A DNA stretch of 32,651 bases from Chiloscyllium plagiosum. Its lineage: Eukaryota. Position numbers and translations under genes: made by a program. Below are positions 1-11,152 of this stretch, one piece after another; positions within the stretch are counted from its first letter, which is position 1; the number at the start of each line of letters is the position of its first letter. The stretch lies in NCBI RefSeq assembly GCF_004010195.1, contig NW_025215379.1, forward strand, positions 16,169 through 48,819, written 5' to 3'. The notes under the pieces were generated by a model that was given only the letters and a program-made list of their open reading frames with translations, was not told the origin of the DNA and made no database searches.

Positions 1-203
1 CCCCCACCCCAGTCTGACCTATCACCCTCACCTTGACCTCTTTCCACCTATCACATTTCCGACGCCCCTCCCCCAAGTCCCTCCTCCTTACCTTTTATCT
101 TAGCCTGCTGGACAAACTTTCCTCATTCCTGAGGAATGACCGATTCTCCTGTTCCCTGGATGCTGCCTGACCTGCTGCGCTTTTCCAGCAACACATTTTC
201 AGC
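1..203 (+). mobile_element. 3' part of a Penelope-like-derived shark repeat (hammerhead region internally deleted)
   Basis: cctcattcctga...cgattctcctgttccctggatgctgcctgacctgctgcgcttttccagcaacacattttcagc resembles a recalled abundant shark PLE tail. Related minus-strand pieces lie at about 2290-2410 and 9745-9830. Confidence 0.6.
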
Positions 204-351
204 TTATTACCACGTGTACTTGTAAAATGTATTTGTTACAAATACAGTGAAAAATGTTGCATAATGTCTCCAGCGCCATCTTGAAACACAGAAAATAAAC
301 CAAGACATAGAATATAAAAGTAGGAAATAAAGTTAAAGTTCAACTTTCCAG

Positions 352-390
352 TCCTTCTTGTCAAGTGCTTAGCCATGGACCTGGATCCAG
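352..390 (+). CDS. clnk: Candidate upstream coding exon (39 nt, phase 2/2) of the SLP-76-family adaptor; xPSCQVLSHGPGS(R)
   Basis: Acceptor caactttccag and donor CAG|gtactt. It joins in frame with the 1465 exon. There is no homology support from memory. Confidence 0.4.
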
Positions 391-645
391 GTACTTCCAT
401 CCTGGTGCTGAAGCCAACACCATCACAAAGCAATAGGCCAGCCTCTAGTCCCTTTGCCGTGCCACCGCCATTGGAACTGAGTCACCATTGTTCAGCGCAT
501 GATTCACTTATTTTAAATTATCATTCTAAATGGTTTGAATGTATTTTGATTGCAACAATCCATTTAATAGTGATGATAGGTTTTTGAAAATTGGCCAACT
601 TGAATGCCATTCAATTGATCTACATTTTTCAGTAGGAAAGCTGTA

Positions 646-950
646 TTAGATTAGATTAGATTCCCTACAGTGGGGAAATAGGCCCTTTGGTCCAACCAGT
701 ACACACCGACCCTCTGAAGAGTAACTCACCCAGACCTATTTCCCTCTGACTAATGCACCTAACACTATGGGCAATTTAACATGGCCAATTCACCTAACCC
801 GCACATCTTTGGACTGTGGGAGGAATCCGGAGCACCCAGAGGAAGCCCACGCAGACACAGGGAGAACATGCAAACTCCACACAGACAGTCACCCGAGGCT
901 GGAATCGAACCTGGGATCCTGGTGCTGTGAGGCTGCAGTGCTAACCACTG
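646..950 (-). mobile_element. HE1 SINE (tRNA-derived)
   Basis: The reverse complement has a tRNA-like head (cagtggttagcactgc...ggttcgattcc), the HE1 core ggtttcctcccacagtccaaagatgtg (one mismatch) and a (tctaa)n tail. Homologous to the copy at 27587. Confidence 0.9.
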
Positions 951-1464
951 TACTTTATAATATTTCTGTACTTGGGCAATAAAATTGAATAGGTGAAATA
1001 ATGGAGATAGTTTGCACATTCAAAACTCCTTTAAAGGTATTTGAAGAGCTGACACCATTCCTCAAACATTAGCTGCACATCTTGGGAGTTATTGTATAAT
1101 GTTCCCATCATTACCACTATGGCTTGGGCTGAGTTATGCACTGGGTAGAGGTTACAATCCCAATTTTAGATTTTTAAGGTTGATTTGAAAATATCATCAT
1201 GAGAAAGAAAGTTTGCAATGGTAGATCACCAATTTTGAAGCAACATTATGTGAGAAAGAATATTACATTTGGATTTCTATAAAAATGTTCTAGAGGTACT
1301 GGAAACAAAAGTAGACTATGACTTCAGGAAGGTTGAATGTTTATTCAAGCATAACATTTGTTTTCATTGCTATATTAAATTTATAAATTACCAGTTGCAA
1401 GTTACGATGAAATAGTTGTCACGGTTTGTAATTTTTTTCAATAAATTATTTTGTGCAATTCTAG

Positions 1465-1599
1465 ACCTCCTAAGAGTATCCCCAAAGAATTCAAAGAACT
1501 TCCTCCAGAACCAAGTCACGCACATAGTTTCTTGAGACCTTACAACATTCTGCACTCTATAAACGAGCCATCAATAACACAACCTGAAAACAACATTGG
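1465..1599 (+). CDS. clnk: Coding exon (135 nt, phase 2/2), Pro-rich: PPKSIPKEFKELPPEPSHAHSFLRPYNILHSINEPSITQPENNI(G)
   Basis: Acceptor ttttgtgcaattctag, strong donor GG|gtgagt, open frame, phase-compatible with the downstream exon chain leading to the SH2 domain. Confidence 0.7.
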
Positions 1600-1726
1600 G
1601 TGAGTTAATTCCAATAAGCTACTAAGATAGCTAGCTGGTTTGTGATTTGAAGAAAAATGCTACAGCAGCAGTTTAGCAAATACAGTTGTCCAATGTTAAC
1701 TGATAATTTACTTTATTTTCTTTCAG

Positions 1727-1751
1727 GTTACCAAAGGGCAAGCAAAATGAG
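1727..1751 (+). CDS. clnk: Micro-exon (25 nt, phase 2/0): (G)LPKGKQNE
   Basis: Strong acceptor ctttattttctttcag. The donor GAG|gtttat is weak. It is needed for frame continuity between 1599 and 1977. Confidence 0.55.
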
Positions 1752-1976
1752 GTTTATGTTATTTATATATCCTTTCTTATTTTCTCACAATTTTTCAAAC
1801 ATTGTCAGTAAAACATCACTGTTTTATTTTCTTCAGTTTCTGAATGGTACTTATTGAAAACACTTGTAGATCATTTGTTTTAACATTTGCTCATAAACAA
1901 AAGCAATAGTTTTGAGTTTTACGTAAATGAATGCTTGCACTCCAATATTATTTTGTTTTGTTTTCTTCTCCAACAG

Positions 1977-1995
1977 GCAATCACACAAAAAAATG
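1977..1995 (+). CDS. clnk: Micro-exon (19 nt, phase 0/1): AITQKN(G)
   Basis: Long polypyrimidine tract ending ttttcttctccaacag, donor G|gtaggt, in frame with 9485. Confidence 0.6.
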
Positions 1996-2289
1996 GTAGG
2001 TACATTACAAAGAAAAGTAACACTTGAATGTTAGAAAGTGAATACAATGCATTTGCCAATAGTTTGTTTTCTAAGATATCACAAAGATATTCATTATACA
2101 GTAAAATAAAGATCTGCACAACATCATTACTAAAGATAAGAGGTTTAAAATTATATTTTATGGTTTGTGTTGAAGAAGTGAAATTAAATTGTTTCAACTG
2201 ATGCACAAAGGATATTTCACAAAGGTTTCAATTTAGTTCTAAGTTACTTCCAAAACACAAACTAATGAATACATGCCTGAGAAACAGGT

Positions 2290-2410
2290 CGGAGCAAATT
2301 ACTGCAGACATTGGATTCTGTACTGAAAACAAAAAATACTGGAGATCACAATGTGTCAGGCAGCATCCATGGAGAGACAGCAAGCTAACATTTTGAGTCT
2401 AGATGACTAG
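2290..2410 (-). mobile_element. Penelope-like-derived tail fragment
   Basis: tcaggcagcatccatggagag is the reverse complement of the ggatgctgcctga motif of 1-203. It ends in a decayed hammerhead-like half (aacattttgagtctagatgact). A similar piece lies at 2560-2635. Confidence 0.5.
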
Positions 2411-3308
2411 TGGTTTGATTCTATAATCCAATCTTGTGGGGAAATCATAAGAACCCAGTGTATGATTTTCTGGATTTTTTTAATCAAATGGGAGTGTTAG
2501 ATCACAAAATCGATAGAGCATAAGAACAAAAAAAAATCAGGAATAGAAGTAGACCAAACAAACACAGAAAATGCTAGAAGACATAGCAAGTCTGACAGCA
2601 TCTATGGAGAGAAATAAAGTTAAAGTTTCTTCAGAAATACATGAGGGAACCAAATGGAATGTTTCCACATTTGCTGGTAACACATAGTTAACTGGGAGTG
2701 TGAGTAATGAAGAGGATTCAAGAGGCTTCAGGGTAATTCAGACAAGTTGAGTGTGTGTGTAATTGCAAGGCAGATGCAGTATAACATTGATATGTGTGAA
2801 GTTGACCACTTTTGTAGGGAAAAGCTGAATGACAGTATTATTTAAATAGTGATGGATTGGGAAATATTGATGTACAAAAGGACAAGGATGTCTTAGTAGT
2901 GTGAACAGTTTTAGACTCCTTACCTAAAAAAAGGATAATTTTTCCAAGGAGAGAATGTAGCAAATATTTCCCAGACGCAAAGCTGGGAAGTCAGGTTTGT
3001 CGTGGGAGGAATAATTGGGTTGTGTTCATTGGGGTTTAGAAGAATGAGAGGGGATCTCGTTGAAACATATAAAATTCTGACAGTGTTCAACAGACTAGAA
3101 GCAGGGAAGATTTTTCCCCTGGACAGATAGTCCAGAATAAGCAGTCAGAGTCTCATGATACAGGGGAGACCATTTATGACAGAGGCGATGGGACATTTCT
3201 TCACTCTGATGGTGGTGAACCTGTGGAATTCTCTCCCACAATAGGCTGTGACAGTAAAGCCACTGAATGTATCTAAGAAAGAAATAGGTAGCTCAACGTT
3301 TCAGGAGG

Positions 3309-4872
3309 CATGGGGGGAGAGCACACGTATGGAATTGAGATAGAGGATCATGGGGAGAGAGGACACGTATGGCATTGAGATAGAGGATCATGAGGAGAGA
3401 GCACATGTATGGCATTGAGATAGAGGANNNNNNNNNNNNNNNNNNNNNNNNNNNNNNNNNNNNNNNNNNNNNNNNNNNNNNNNNNNNNNNNNNNNNNNNN
3501 NNNNNNNNNNNNNNNNNNNNNNNNNNNNNNNNNNNNNNTTGAGATAGAGGATCATGAGGAGAGAGCACATGTATGGCATTGAGATAGAGGATCATGGGGA
3601 GAGAGCACACGTATGGCATTAAGATGGAGGATCATGGGGAGAGAGCACATGTATGGCATTGAGATAGAGGATCATGGGGAGGAAGCACATGTATGGCATT
3701 GAGTGGAGGATCATGGAGAGGGAGCACATGTATGGCATTGAGATGGAGGATCATGGGGAGGGAGCACATATATGGCATTGAGATAGAGGATCATGGGGAG
3801 AGAGCACACGTATGGCATTGAGATAGAGGATCATGGAGAGAGAGCACATGTATGGCATTGAGATGGAGGATCATGGGGAGGGAGCACATGTATGGCATTG
3901 AGATAGAGGATCATGGGGAGAGAGCACATGTATGGCATTGAGTGGAGGATCATGGGGAGAGAGCACATGTATGGCATTGAGATGGAGGATCATGGGGAGG
4001 GAGTACATGTATGGCATTGAGATGGAGGATCATGGGGAGGGAGTACATGTATGGCATTGAGATGGAGGATCATGGGGAGGGAGTACATGTATGGCATTGA
4101 GATGGAGGATCATGGGGAGGGAGTACATGTATGGCATTGAGATGGAGGATCATGGGGAGGGAGTACATGTATGGCATTGAGATGGAGGATCATGGGGAGG
4201 GAGTACATGTATGGCATTGAGATGGAGGATCATGGGGAGGGAGTACATGTATGGCATTGAGATGGAGGATCATGGGGAGGGAGTACATGTATGGCATTGA
4301 GATGGAGGATCATGGGGAGGGAGTACATGTATGGCATTGAGATGGAGGATCATGGGGAGGGAGTACATGTATGGCATTGAGATGGAGGATCATGGGGAGG
4401 GAGTACATGTATGGCATTGAGATGGAGGATCATGGGGAGGGAGTACATGTATGGCATTGAGATAGAGGTTCATGGAGAGAGAGCACATGTATGGCATTGA
4501 GATGGAGGATCATGGGGAGGGAGTACATGTATGGCATTGAGATGGAGGATCATGGGGAGAGAGCACATGTATGGCATTGAGATAGAGGATCATGGGGAGA
4601 GAGCACACGTACGGCATTGAGATAGAGGTTCATGGAGAGAGAGCACATGTATGGCATTGAGATGGAGGATCATGGGGAGAGAGCACATGTATGGCATTGA
4701 GTGGAGGATCATGGGGAGAGAGCACATGTATGGCATTGAGATAGAGGATCATGGGGAGGGAGTACATGTATGGCATTGAGATAGAGGTTCATGGAGAGAG
4801 AGCACATGTATGGCATTGAGTGGAGGATCATGGGGAGAGAGCACATTTATGGCATTGAGATAGAGGATCATG
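3309..4872 (+). repeat. 40-bp minisatellite (about 39 unit lengths including the gap); main unit gatggaggatcatggggagggagtacatgtatggcattga
   Basis: Directly visible tandem array with 39/40-nt variants and 12 identical units at 3981-4460. Confidence 0.98.
3428..3538. other. Assembly gap (111 N)
   Basis: Run of n inside the minisatellite. Confidence 0.99.
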
Positions 4873-5099
4873 GTCATGTTGAATGGTGGAATGGCTTAAT
4901 GAGCCAAATGGTCTTATCCTGCACCTATATTCGATGTTTCTGTGTTCTTCAAATCTTATCACAAGTTCACACCAGACTTCCTAGCAACTGTTAAACTATA
5001 CTATTGCAATGTTGTACATGATAGTGAAGCAATGGAGCAGGTGACTCTGAGCTTTCCAGGGTCCAAACTCATAGGAGAACATTTATTCATGAGGCCTAA

Positions 5100-7050
5100 G
5101 GTCATTCTGCCATCACAACCAACCTGAGAGATTCATCGCTGTAGTCATCAATCCCTCCCCACGTTCTCCAGTTTCCAAGTAAGTGCACCTTCTTCACTTT
5201 TGTTCTGCCTGGCCAGACATGGCATACCTCTGCAGTAGATTGGACTTGAGTGCAGATGATTTGATCCAGACGCCACTGCTGAGCCACATGATCCCTGTTC
5301 TTTACATTATTTACTGAAACATTGAGCTCAAACCAGTTCCCTTAAGACTGACTGCATTGTCAACCTGACCATCTCTTCTCAAAGTCTGTTTTCCACAGAT
5401 TCAAACATTGCGTGCATTTCACGGTACTCCCTGAGCTGGTCATTCAAAATGGTGAGGGACAAACAGTGGGACATTTGGAAAAGTGTTGTCAATAGCTGAA
5501 ACAACAAAAGCAGCATTAGTAACAATATTCCGAAGCTCATGACATTGATAGAGCAGCTAGTCAGTGGAAAATGCATCAGATTGAAGACTGGTGGGTGCTC
5601 ATCGAGAAGACGTCACTTCCAATTGAGCAGACGCCAGTATTTTCATCTGTTTTATGAGACGATCTGAATGTAAGGGATAGACAGCTGAATGGCAAAATCT
5701 TGCTACAGAAGGAGGATCACCATTCGATTGCAATAGTTAGATAATAAAATCTGAAGATTTCTACACTGCCTTTTTGAGGATGAAGAGATGAGTGAGTCAT
5801 CAGAAAGACTGCAGAGTATAGATTCACTCTTTCACAAGGACTGTATAAAGCTAGCAAAAAATCTTGTCAGAGATTCTTGTTTACACTGGAGTAATAAGTC
5901 AGGCGTACTGGGACTGCATTTGGAACCACTGCAAAATATTCCAGACAGAATGATGAAATAAGCAGGCCTTTAGGATTACATCTGACAATGTGACTAGATC
6001 ACTGGGCAAAGACAAATAACTTCCTGTGTTTTCATACAATAACAGAACATCATTCTCCTGCTTAAGTACAAACTACAAACTGTTCATGCCTTTGCAAAGT
6101 TTCTTGCTCCCTGTACTCTTGGGCAGGTTCAACAGATGTACCCTGTGTACTGTTAAGTTAAAGATCAATGTGACCACACCTTAAAGCAGAAAGTACTGGA
6201 ACTTCCTTTATTTCGTTGGTATGTTGGGCTTCCTCATTAGCACTGCCTGCCATACAAAGGTGAGGAATTCTGTTCTCTCTGATCTGGAAGGGTATCACAG
6301 GAATCTTGATAAATCAAGAACTGAAGAGTCGAATACCATCAGATCTACTTCTGGTTTACCCTTCCTCCATTCCCGCCAGATGCATCTGCTGGTTAGGAAT
6401 CGCTGAATGAGAAAGAAGCTCATCCTCATCTCATCCAATTGAAGAGGGTTCATAAGGCTGATCAAATTATTGATCAAAAATATGTCATCCAATCTTCTTG
6501 GCATGGAACTTCAGTGGGCAGAGAAAGCCAAGGGAAATCTTCACGAAATATTGCCTAATCTTTTTTTAGATGGAAGCTCATGTTCCTAGAAAGGCCGAGG
6601 TAAAGTCTCACAATATAGGACTGAATCATTATCTGGGCACAGCAATTCCTCACAGAATGAAATGGAGTCACCATCTCAATTTGGAATCTCTCCAACCTGG
6701 GCTGCAAGGTCAAGCAGCTACTTTCTACGCTACAAGCTAATACTGTCACTAGCCCAGTTAGATACTTCTCCTATAAATCTCTAGTTTGTGGTTGTCCATA
6801 TTTTACACTGTGCCTGAGGCTGTTAGCTTCTTATCCTTAAATGAGTTTTATCCATTCATGATGCATTGCTATACTTTTTTTATATCTGTATAATGGAGAC
6901 TAATAAATACAGGTCTTTCATGTAGTTGTTCTGTTCTTTACATGATTCTCTTGGTCTGATGTCTTCTCTCAGTCTCAGCTACTGACGTCAGTCACATCAA
7001 CAACTACATCTTTGTTTGCATATTTCATTCTACTACAACCTCTGAAGAAG
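5100..7050 (-). pseudogene. Highly decayed piggyBac-like transposase relic
   Basis: Minus-strand fragments in the expected order: PRR...NNLIS.M...DE (6420-6500), IK..PV..FKVW...TGY (6135-6212, frameshifted) and GGID (about 5150). These recall piggyBac motifs PRRRMYW..N.LV..M, KPIRFGFKVW...GY and MGGVD. Boundaries are approximate. Confidence 0.45.
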
Positions 7051-8306
7051 ACTTAGATGGACACATACTTGACAACTCAAAAATAATTTGCTCATAAAAA
7101 AATGATAAACAGGTTCCTTAGTAACTTTGCCATTATATATTGGTTTTGTTTCAAAATGACCTTTCACTGGAAGGATTTGGTCTCCCAGAAATGGTCCACA
7201 CTGTTGATGGTTGAATGTATACAGTGTTAAGCCGATTTAAACTGACAGGGATCATAGTAACAACCACTTCTGAATAGATTGAGAAAAGAATGAAAACTCT
7301 TGACTTTCAATACAACTAACTAATAATCCTGGTCTACCTGATCCTTTTGGGTTGTAGGGCAAATATTTTGTAGAGAATGTTGGCTTCACTTGGCCAAGAA
7401 GTATGTAAATTCCATGTCACCTGCTTTCTCCCTCACTTGCTGAACTTTCCTGGAGGTGGTCTATGTATTATACTTTTAAAATACAACTTCACTTTTCAAA
7501 CCTCCTGACAGTGGTCTGATTTGCCACAATGAAGGCATCATTTGCCTTCTGTTTGTCAATATTGTTGCCTATAATGCCAGCACTTCAAACTAGCAGTTCC
7601 CACCTTTCCCTCAATTTGGCAGCTTTCTTTGGGCCTAACCCACTGACAAGCACAGACAAGGTCCTCCACTTTGCATAGCATCACCACCTGGCATGATGCT
7701 GCGTGTTCAGCCTGTCTCATAACGCTTATTTAAATACCAGCCAATGCCTTGACTGCAATAATCTCACAAGATGGCGAAGGTGGAAGGGCAGGAAGTGTTC
7801 GGGTTCCTGGGCCTGTCTGCTCCATCTCACATGACCAACCTATATTCTTTTTTTAATTTTATTTTCTTCGTTTAACTTTTGAAACAAGTTCATCTTTTCC
7901 TCCTTCTGTGGCTGTGTTGGTGGAGAGAGGTTGTGTGGAGCTGTTGAGTAGTGGATCCAGTCCATTCCTCATGGTCATGGCAGTCACAAATTGAGCAATG
8001 GCTCCAGCATCAATGAATTAGGCTCCGTGTTTTGGTGACATCTGCAACAGCGACAGATTGAATGATCCCTCGGTCCTCAGGAGTTAACTTGGACAGTGTC
8101 TAGGTCCTCAGGAGTTGGGACAGTCTCCTGGTCTATGGCAGTGGCTGGAGTATGGGTGGCGATGAGGCACCTTTGGCAGAGATAACGTTCTGGGTCCAGT
8201 CAGTGGTGCTGGGGGCTGCCTAATGCTTCCTCCTGGGTGTTGCAGCCTCAGGGACAGGTTGGCAGCTGCAGCATGTGGTGGCATCTGTAGCCACTTCGGA
8301 AATCAC

Positions 8307-8728
8307 GTATTGAACAAACCTAGATTGCAGTTAAATCTATAATCAGTTAGAATGGGGATGCAGGTTTCGATTCATAAACAAGTAAATCCCAGAACTTCTT
8401 TCAAGTGACATTCCAATGCATTGTCTAAGCTGTCACCTTTTATTTATAAACCTTAAGTTATCTCACTAATGTGGCTTGAAAGAAGCTCTTGGATTTACAT
8501 ATTAATGAATTGAAACCTGCAATCCATTCTAAGTGATTAAAGACTTAACAGCAGTCTAGGTTCGTACAATACATCGCATCAGTTGTATGACACTTTGATC
8601 TTTTACTGTAAATTCTGTGTCCTATGATCCTGCCCCATTCGCTACCTGACGAAGGAGCAGTGCTCCAAAAGCCAGTACTTCCAAATAAACCTGTTGGACT
8701 ATAATTTGGTGTTGAGTGCTTTTTAACA
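8307..8728. mobile_element. Foldback Penelope-like-derived element, left arm truncated
   Basis: 8307-8412 is the reverse complement of 8468-8572. The right arm continues into a hammerhead-like core (8643-8677). Homologous to 22420-23006. Confidence 0.75.
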
Positions 8729-9484
8729 TAAAAGTTCAGAAATTCTTCCTCATTTACCATACGTCATTGAAGGTCAATGCTTTTTTAAATTTGCATTTGC
8801 TTTTTAGTTTTGAAACAGAGATTGCTCCATCTAGTGGACTCCCAGAGAATTGAAAAGTATAGCCACTTTGCAGTAAATTACAAAGTATCTTGAATGAAGA
8901 TGTGTGAGGCTCCACTGCAAAACCGTCTTAGTCACTGTCTCTCGCTACCTTTATCAATACTCACACGTTAATTATGCAACTGGTAGTTATGGAAGATAAG
9001 GGAAATTGCATAGGGATAAAATTTGTCCACAAGTTGTAAAGAGGTAGATTGGGGAACAAATGTTTTGGTAAGATTTTACAGATTGTTATCACAGAAAATG
9101 GTTAGATTCTGTCCAATGGCAAAATAAGGTGCCGAATAAAGGCAAGGCATTTGCCAGGCAAGAAGAGAGCAGAATTTAAAAATAATCGTTATTGTCAACG
9201 CACAGTTTAATGGCAGTAATTGATTACAAAGCAAGATGGACATTTAGCGGAAGGAACCTTCCAGCTGCCCATTTCCGAACTGAAAAATTGTACTCGGATC
9301 AGGAGGAAACAGATGAATTTGAAAATCAATCTTTTTTTAAAAAGTTTATAAATTGCTCCTTTACTTCACACAACATGCAAAGCAGGTTCGAAGATTACCA
9401 ATAAATACAGAAGTGTATAAACAAATTGAGAATGTTATATTCACAATTCCTCAGGTGTCTATTACTTTAAAACTACTTCTCCAG

Positions 9485-9581
9485 GTACTGCGTTCCGAAG
9501 GTCACGTGACATTCTTCTCCCAGTGAGCAAGCAACAATCGATGCTGTTTAGACCCATTTCCAAAAGCCAGCCACCAGAAAG
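9485..9581 (+). CDS. clnk: Coding exon (97 nt, phase 1/2): (G)TAFRRSRDILLPVSKQQSMLFRPISKSQPPE(S)
   Basis: Acceptor ctacttctccag, donor AAG|gtatat, open frame, phases match both neighbours. Confidence 0.65.
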
Positions 9582-9929
9582 GTATATCTGAATATTTAGT
9601 CATGAACCTGTCTTGCCTTTAAGTTGTTTTGCAATCTAGGGTAGAGATTGGTATGTCTTGCCTTTGTTTCTCTGCTGTAAAACAGATGTCAAGCGTATCA
9701 TTTTCAATTTTAAAGCAAAGCACGGTGGAATCTAGAAATATGAAGCAAACACAGAGAATGCTAGAGAAACTCGACAGGTTTGCAGAGAGAACAGAGTTAA
9801 TGTTTCAAGTCCAATATGACTCCTCTTTAAAACTGAATTAGTTCTAAACTGAACTACAAAAACAGGGATTAGTTTCAATTTCACATGAAGTATGAGGCAG
9901 GCTATGTGTCTGCTGCCATTGTCCTTCTG

Positions 9930-10480
9930 TTTAGAGCTTATTGTGGGTTTGGAAGGTAGGTACTGCCTAAGGATTTTTGGTGAATTTCTGTAGTGCATTT
10001 TGTTGCTTCTTGAGTGTTGTTGGTGCTGCATCCACACAGGCAAATGGGGAGTGTACCATCATACTTCTGACTTGTGCCTTGTAGATGATGCATAGTCCTT
10101 GGGGAGTCAGGATCTATGTTATTTGCCGCAATATTACAAGCTTGTGACCTGCCCTTGTGCATTGTGTTTACATGTTGAGTCCAATAGAGTTTCCAGTCAG
10201 TGGTAACCCAAGGGTGTTGGTCATGCGGGTTTCAATGATGGTAACACTATCTGCAGACCTCACTTTCTCCTCACACTATTGAAATGTCAAGGGGTGGTGA
10301 TTAGATTGCCTCTTTTTGGAGATGGTCATTGCCTGGCATTTATGAAGATCAAATGTGACTTGGCACTTGTCCACCCAACCCTGGATATTGTCCAGATCTT
10401 GTTGCATTTCAACATGGATTGCTGTAGTATCTGATGTGTTGTAAATTGTGCAATAGTGGACATTAAATAATCCTCTCATG
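9930..10480 (-). mobile_element. CR1-superfamily LINE RT fragment
   Basis: ORF 10276..10506 QQDLDNIQGWVDKCQVTFDLHKCQAMTISKK is a typical post-YADD segment of CR1-clade RT. Downstream frames are decayed. Confidence 0.75.
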
Positions 10481-10795
10481 TCAGGAGTCAACCTAGTGAA
10501 CTGCACTTAGTCAGAGACAGGAAATCTTTCCTCAGATTTGGACAGCAAAGCTCTATACAGAATCTGGAAGTTGTCTTACTTGTAAAAATTCTGCCAATAG
10601 CTTAATAGTGATTTTAGTAGCAAATTATGGTGTTGGCAATTTCAATTCATTTCTGATCCTTATTACAGAAATATCTACCTCATAATTAAAGACAGTGCTG
10701 GATTTGTAGCAAACTTTCATAATGAGGCTCATAATTAATATTAATGATATAAAAGATCTCTCACTTTTTCCTAACGCATATTTCTTCTGTTCTAG

Positions 10796-10824
10796 CTCTC
10801 TACATCAAACGTCACAGATACCAG
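10796..10824 (+). CDS. clnk: Micro-exon (29 nt, phase 2/1): (S)SLHQTSQIP(E)
   Basis: Branch-like ctaac, then tttcttctgttctag acceptor and donor CAG|gtactt. It resolves the phase mismatch between 9581 and 11061. Confidence 0.65.
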
Positions 10825-11060
10825 GTACTTATCTGCATTTGTCAGTGATTAAATATTTACTGTTTATTGAATCCAATATAGGTTTCAGAAATTACATTCA
10901 GTCTGAAGCCATATGGAACACATTTTGTATGGTTCTCTTTCTGATTATCAAGTAAAGATTAGATACAAATCCATTTCAAAAATATGAGAATTAGTTTTTA
11001 ATTATATTAGATATAAATTAAAATTAAACTCATATTTATTACAAAAACTTTTTTCTTCAG

Positions 11061-11152
11061 AAATGATATTCCAAGATCTGTTCACAAGACCAAAACCTCA
11101 GGCTAGTCCTGATCTACAAAAACCCAAACTATTATCCAGTCCTGCTGCAAAG
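11061..11152 (+). CDS. clnk: Coding exon (92 nt, phase 1/0): (E)MIFQDLFTRPKPQASPDLQKPKLLSSPAAK
   Basis: Acceptor cttttttcttcag and donor AAG|gtagag. Only one frame is open, and it splices in phase 0 to the first SH2 exon. Confidence 0.7.

Larger units (their letters stand above)
2645..4947 (+). mobile_element. Degenerate CR1 LINE 3' portion, split by the minisatellite
   Basis: Decayed RT C-terminal motifs (..gaagaatgagaggggatctcgttgaaacatataaaattctga.., gtggtgaacctgtggaattctct). The CR1 3' terminus resumes at 4870-4947. Confidence 0.8.

Noticed and set aside
375..587. Pro/Ser-rich ORF MDLDPGTSILVLKPTPSQSNRPASSPFAVPPPLE as an exon of the adaptor gene
   Set aside because: I found no convincing donor in the phase needed for the 1465 exon. 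The 352-390 exon in another frame fits better, although a longer alternative exon is not excluded.
765..1019. Similar ORFs at 765-1019, 27564-27807, 20811-21160 and 28989-29186 suggesting a small gene family
   Set aside because: They are translations of HE1 SINE copies.
389..1474. RPPK across the exon junction as a Gads/Grb2 SH3-binding RxxK motif
   Set aside because: It depends on the low-confidence upstream exon and lacks the fuller PxxxRxxKP context.
3309..4872. Regular 40-bp periodicity as a possible CRISPR array
   Set aside because: Head-to-tail tandem units with no unique spacers, no cas genes and a vertebrate context.
6295..6504. DDIFLINN as a Penelope reverse transcriptase YIDD motif
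   Set aside because: The preceding Y and other RT motifs are absent. Neighbouring motifs fit a piggyBac-like transposase better.
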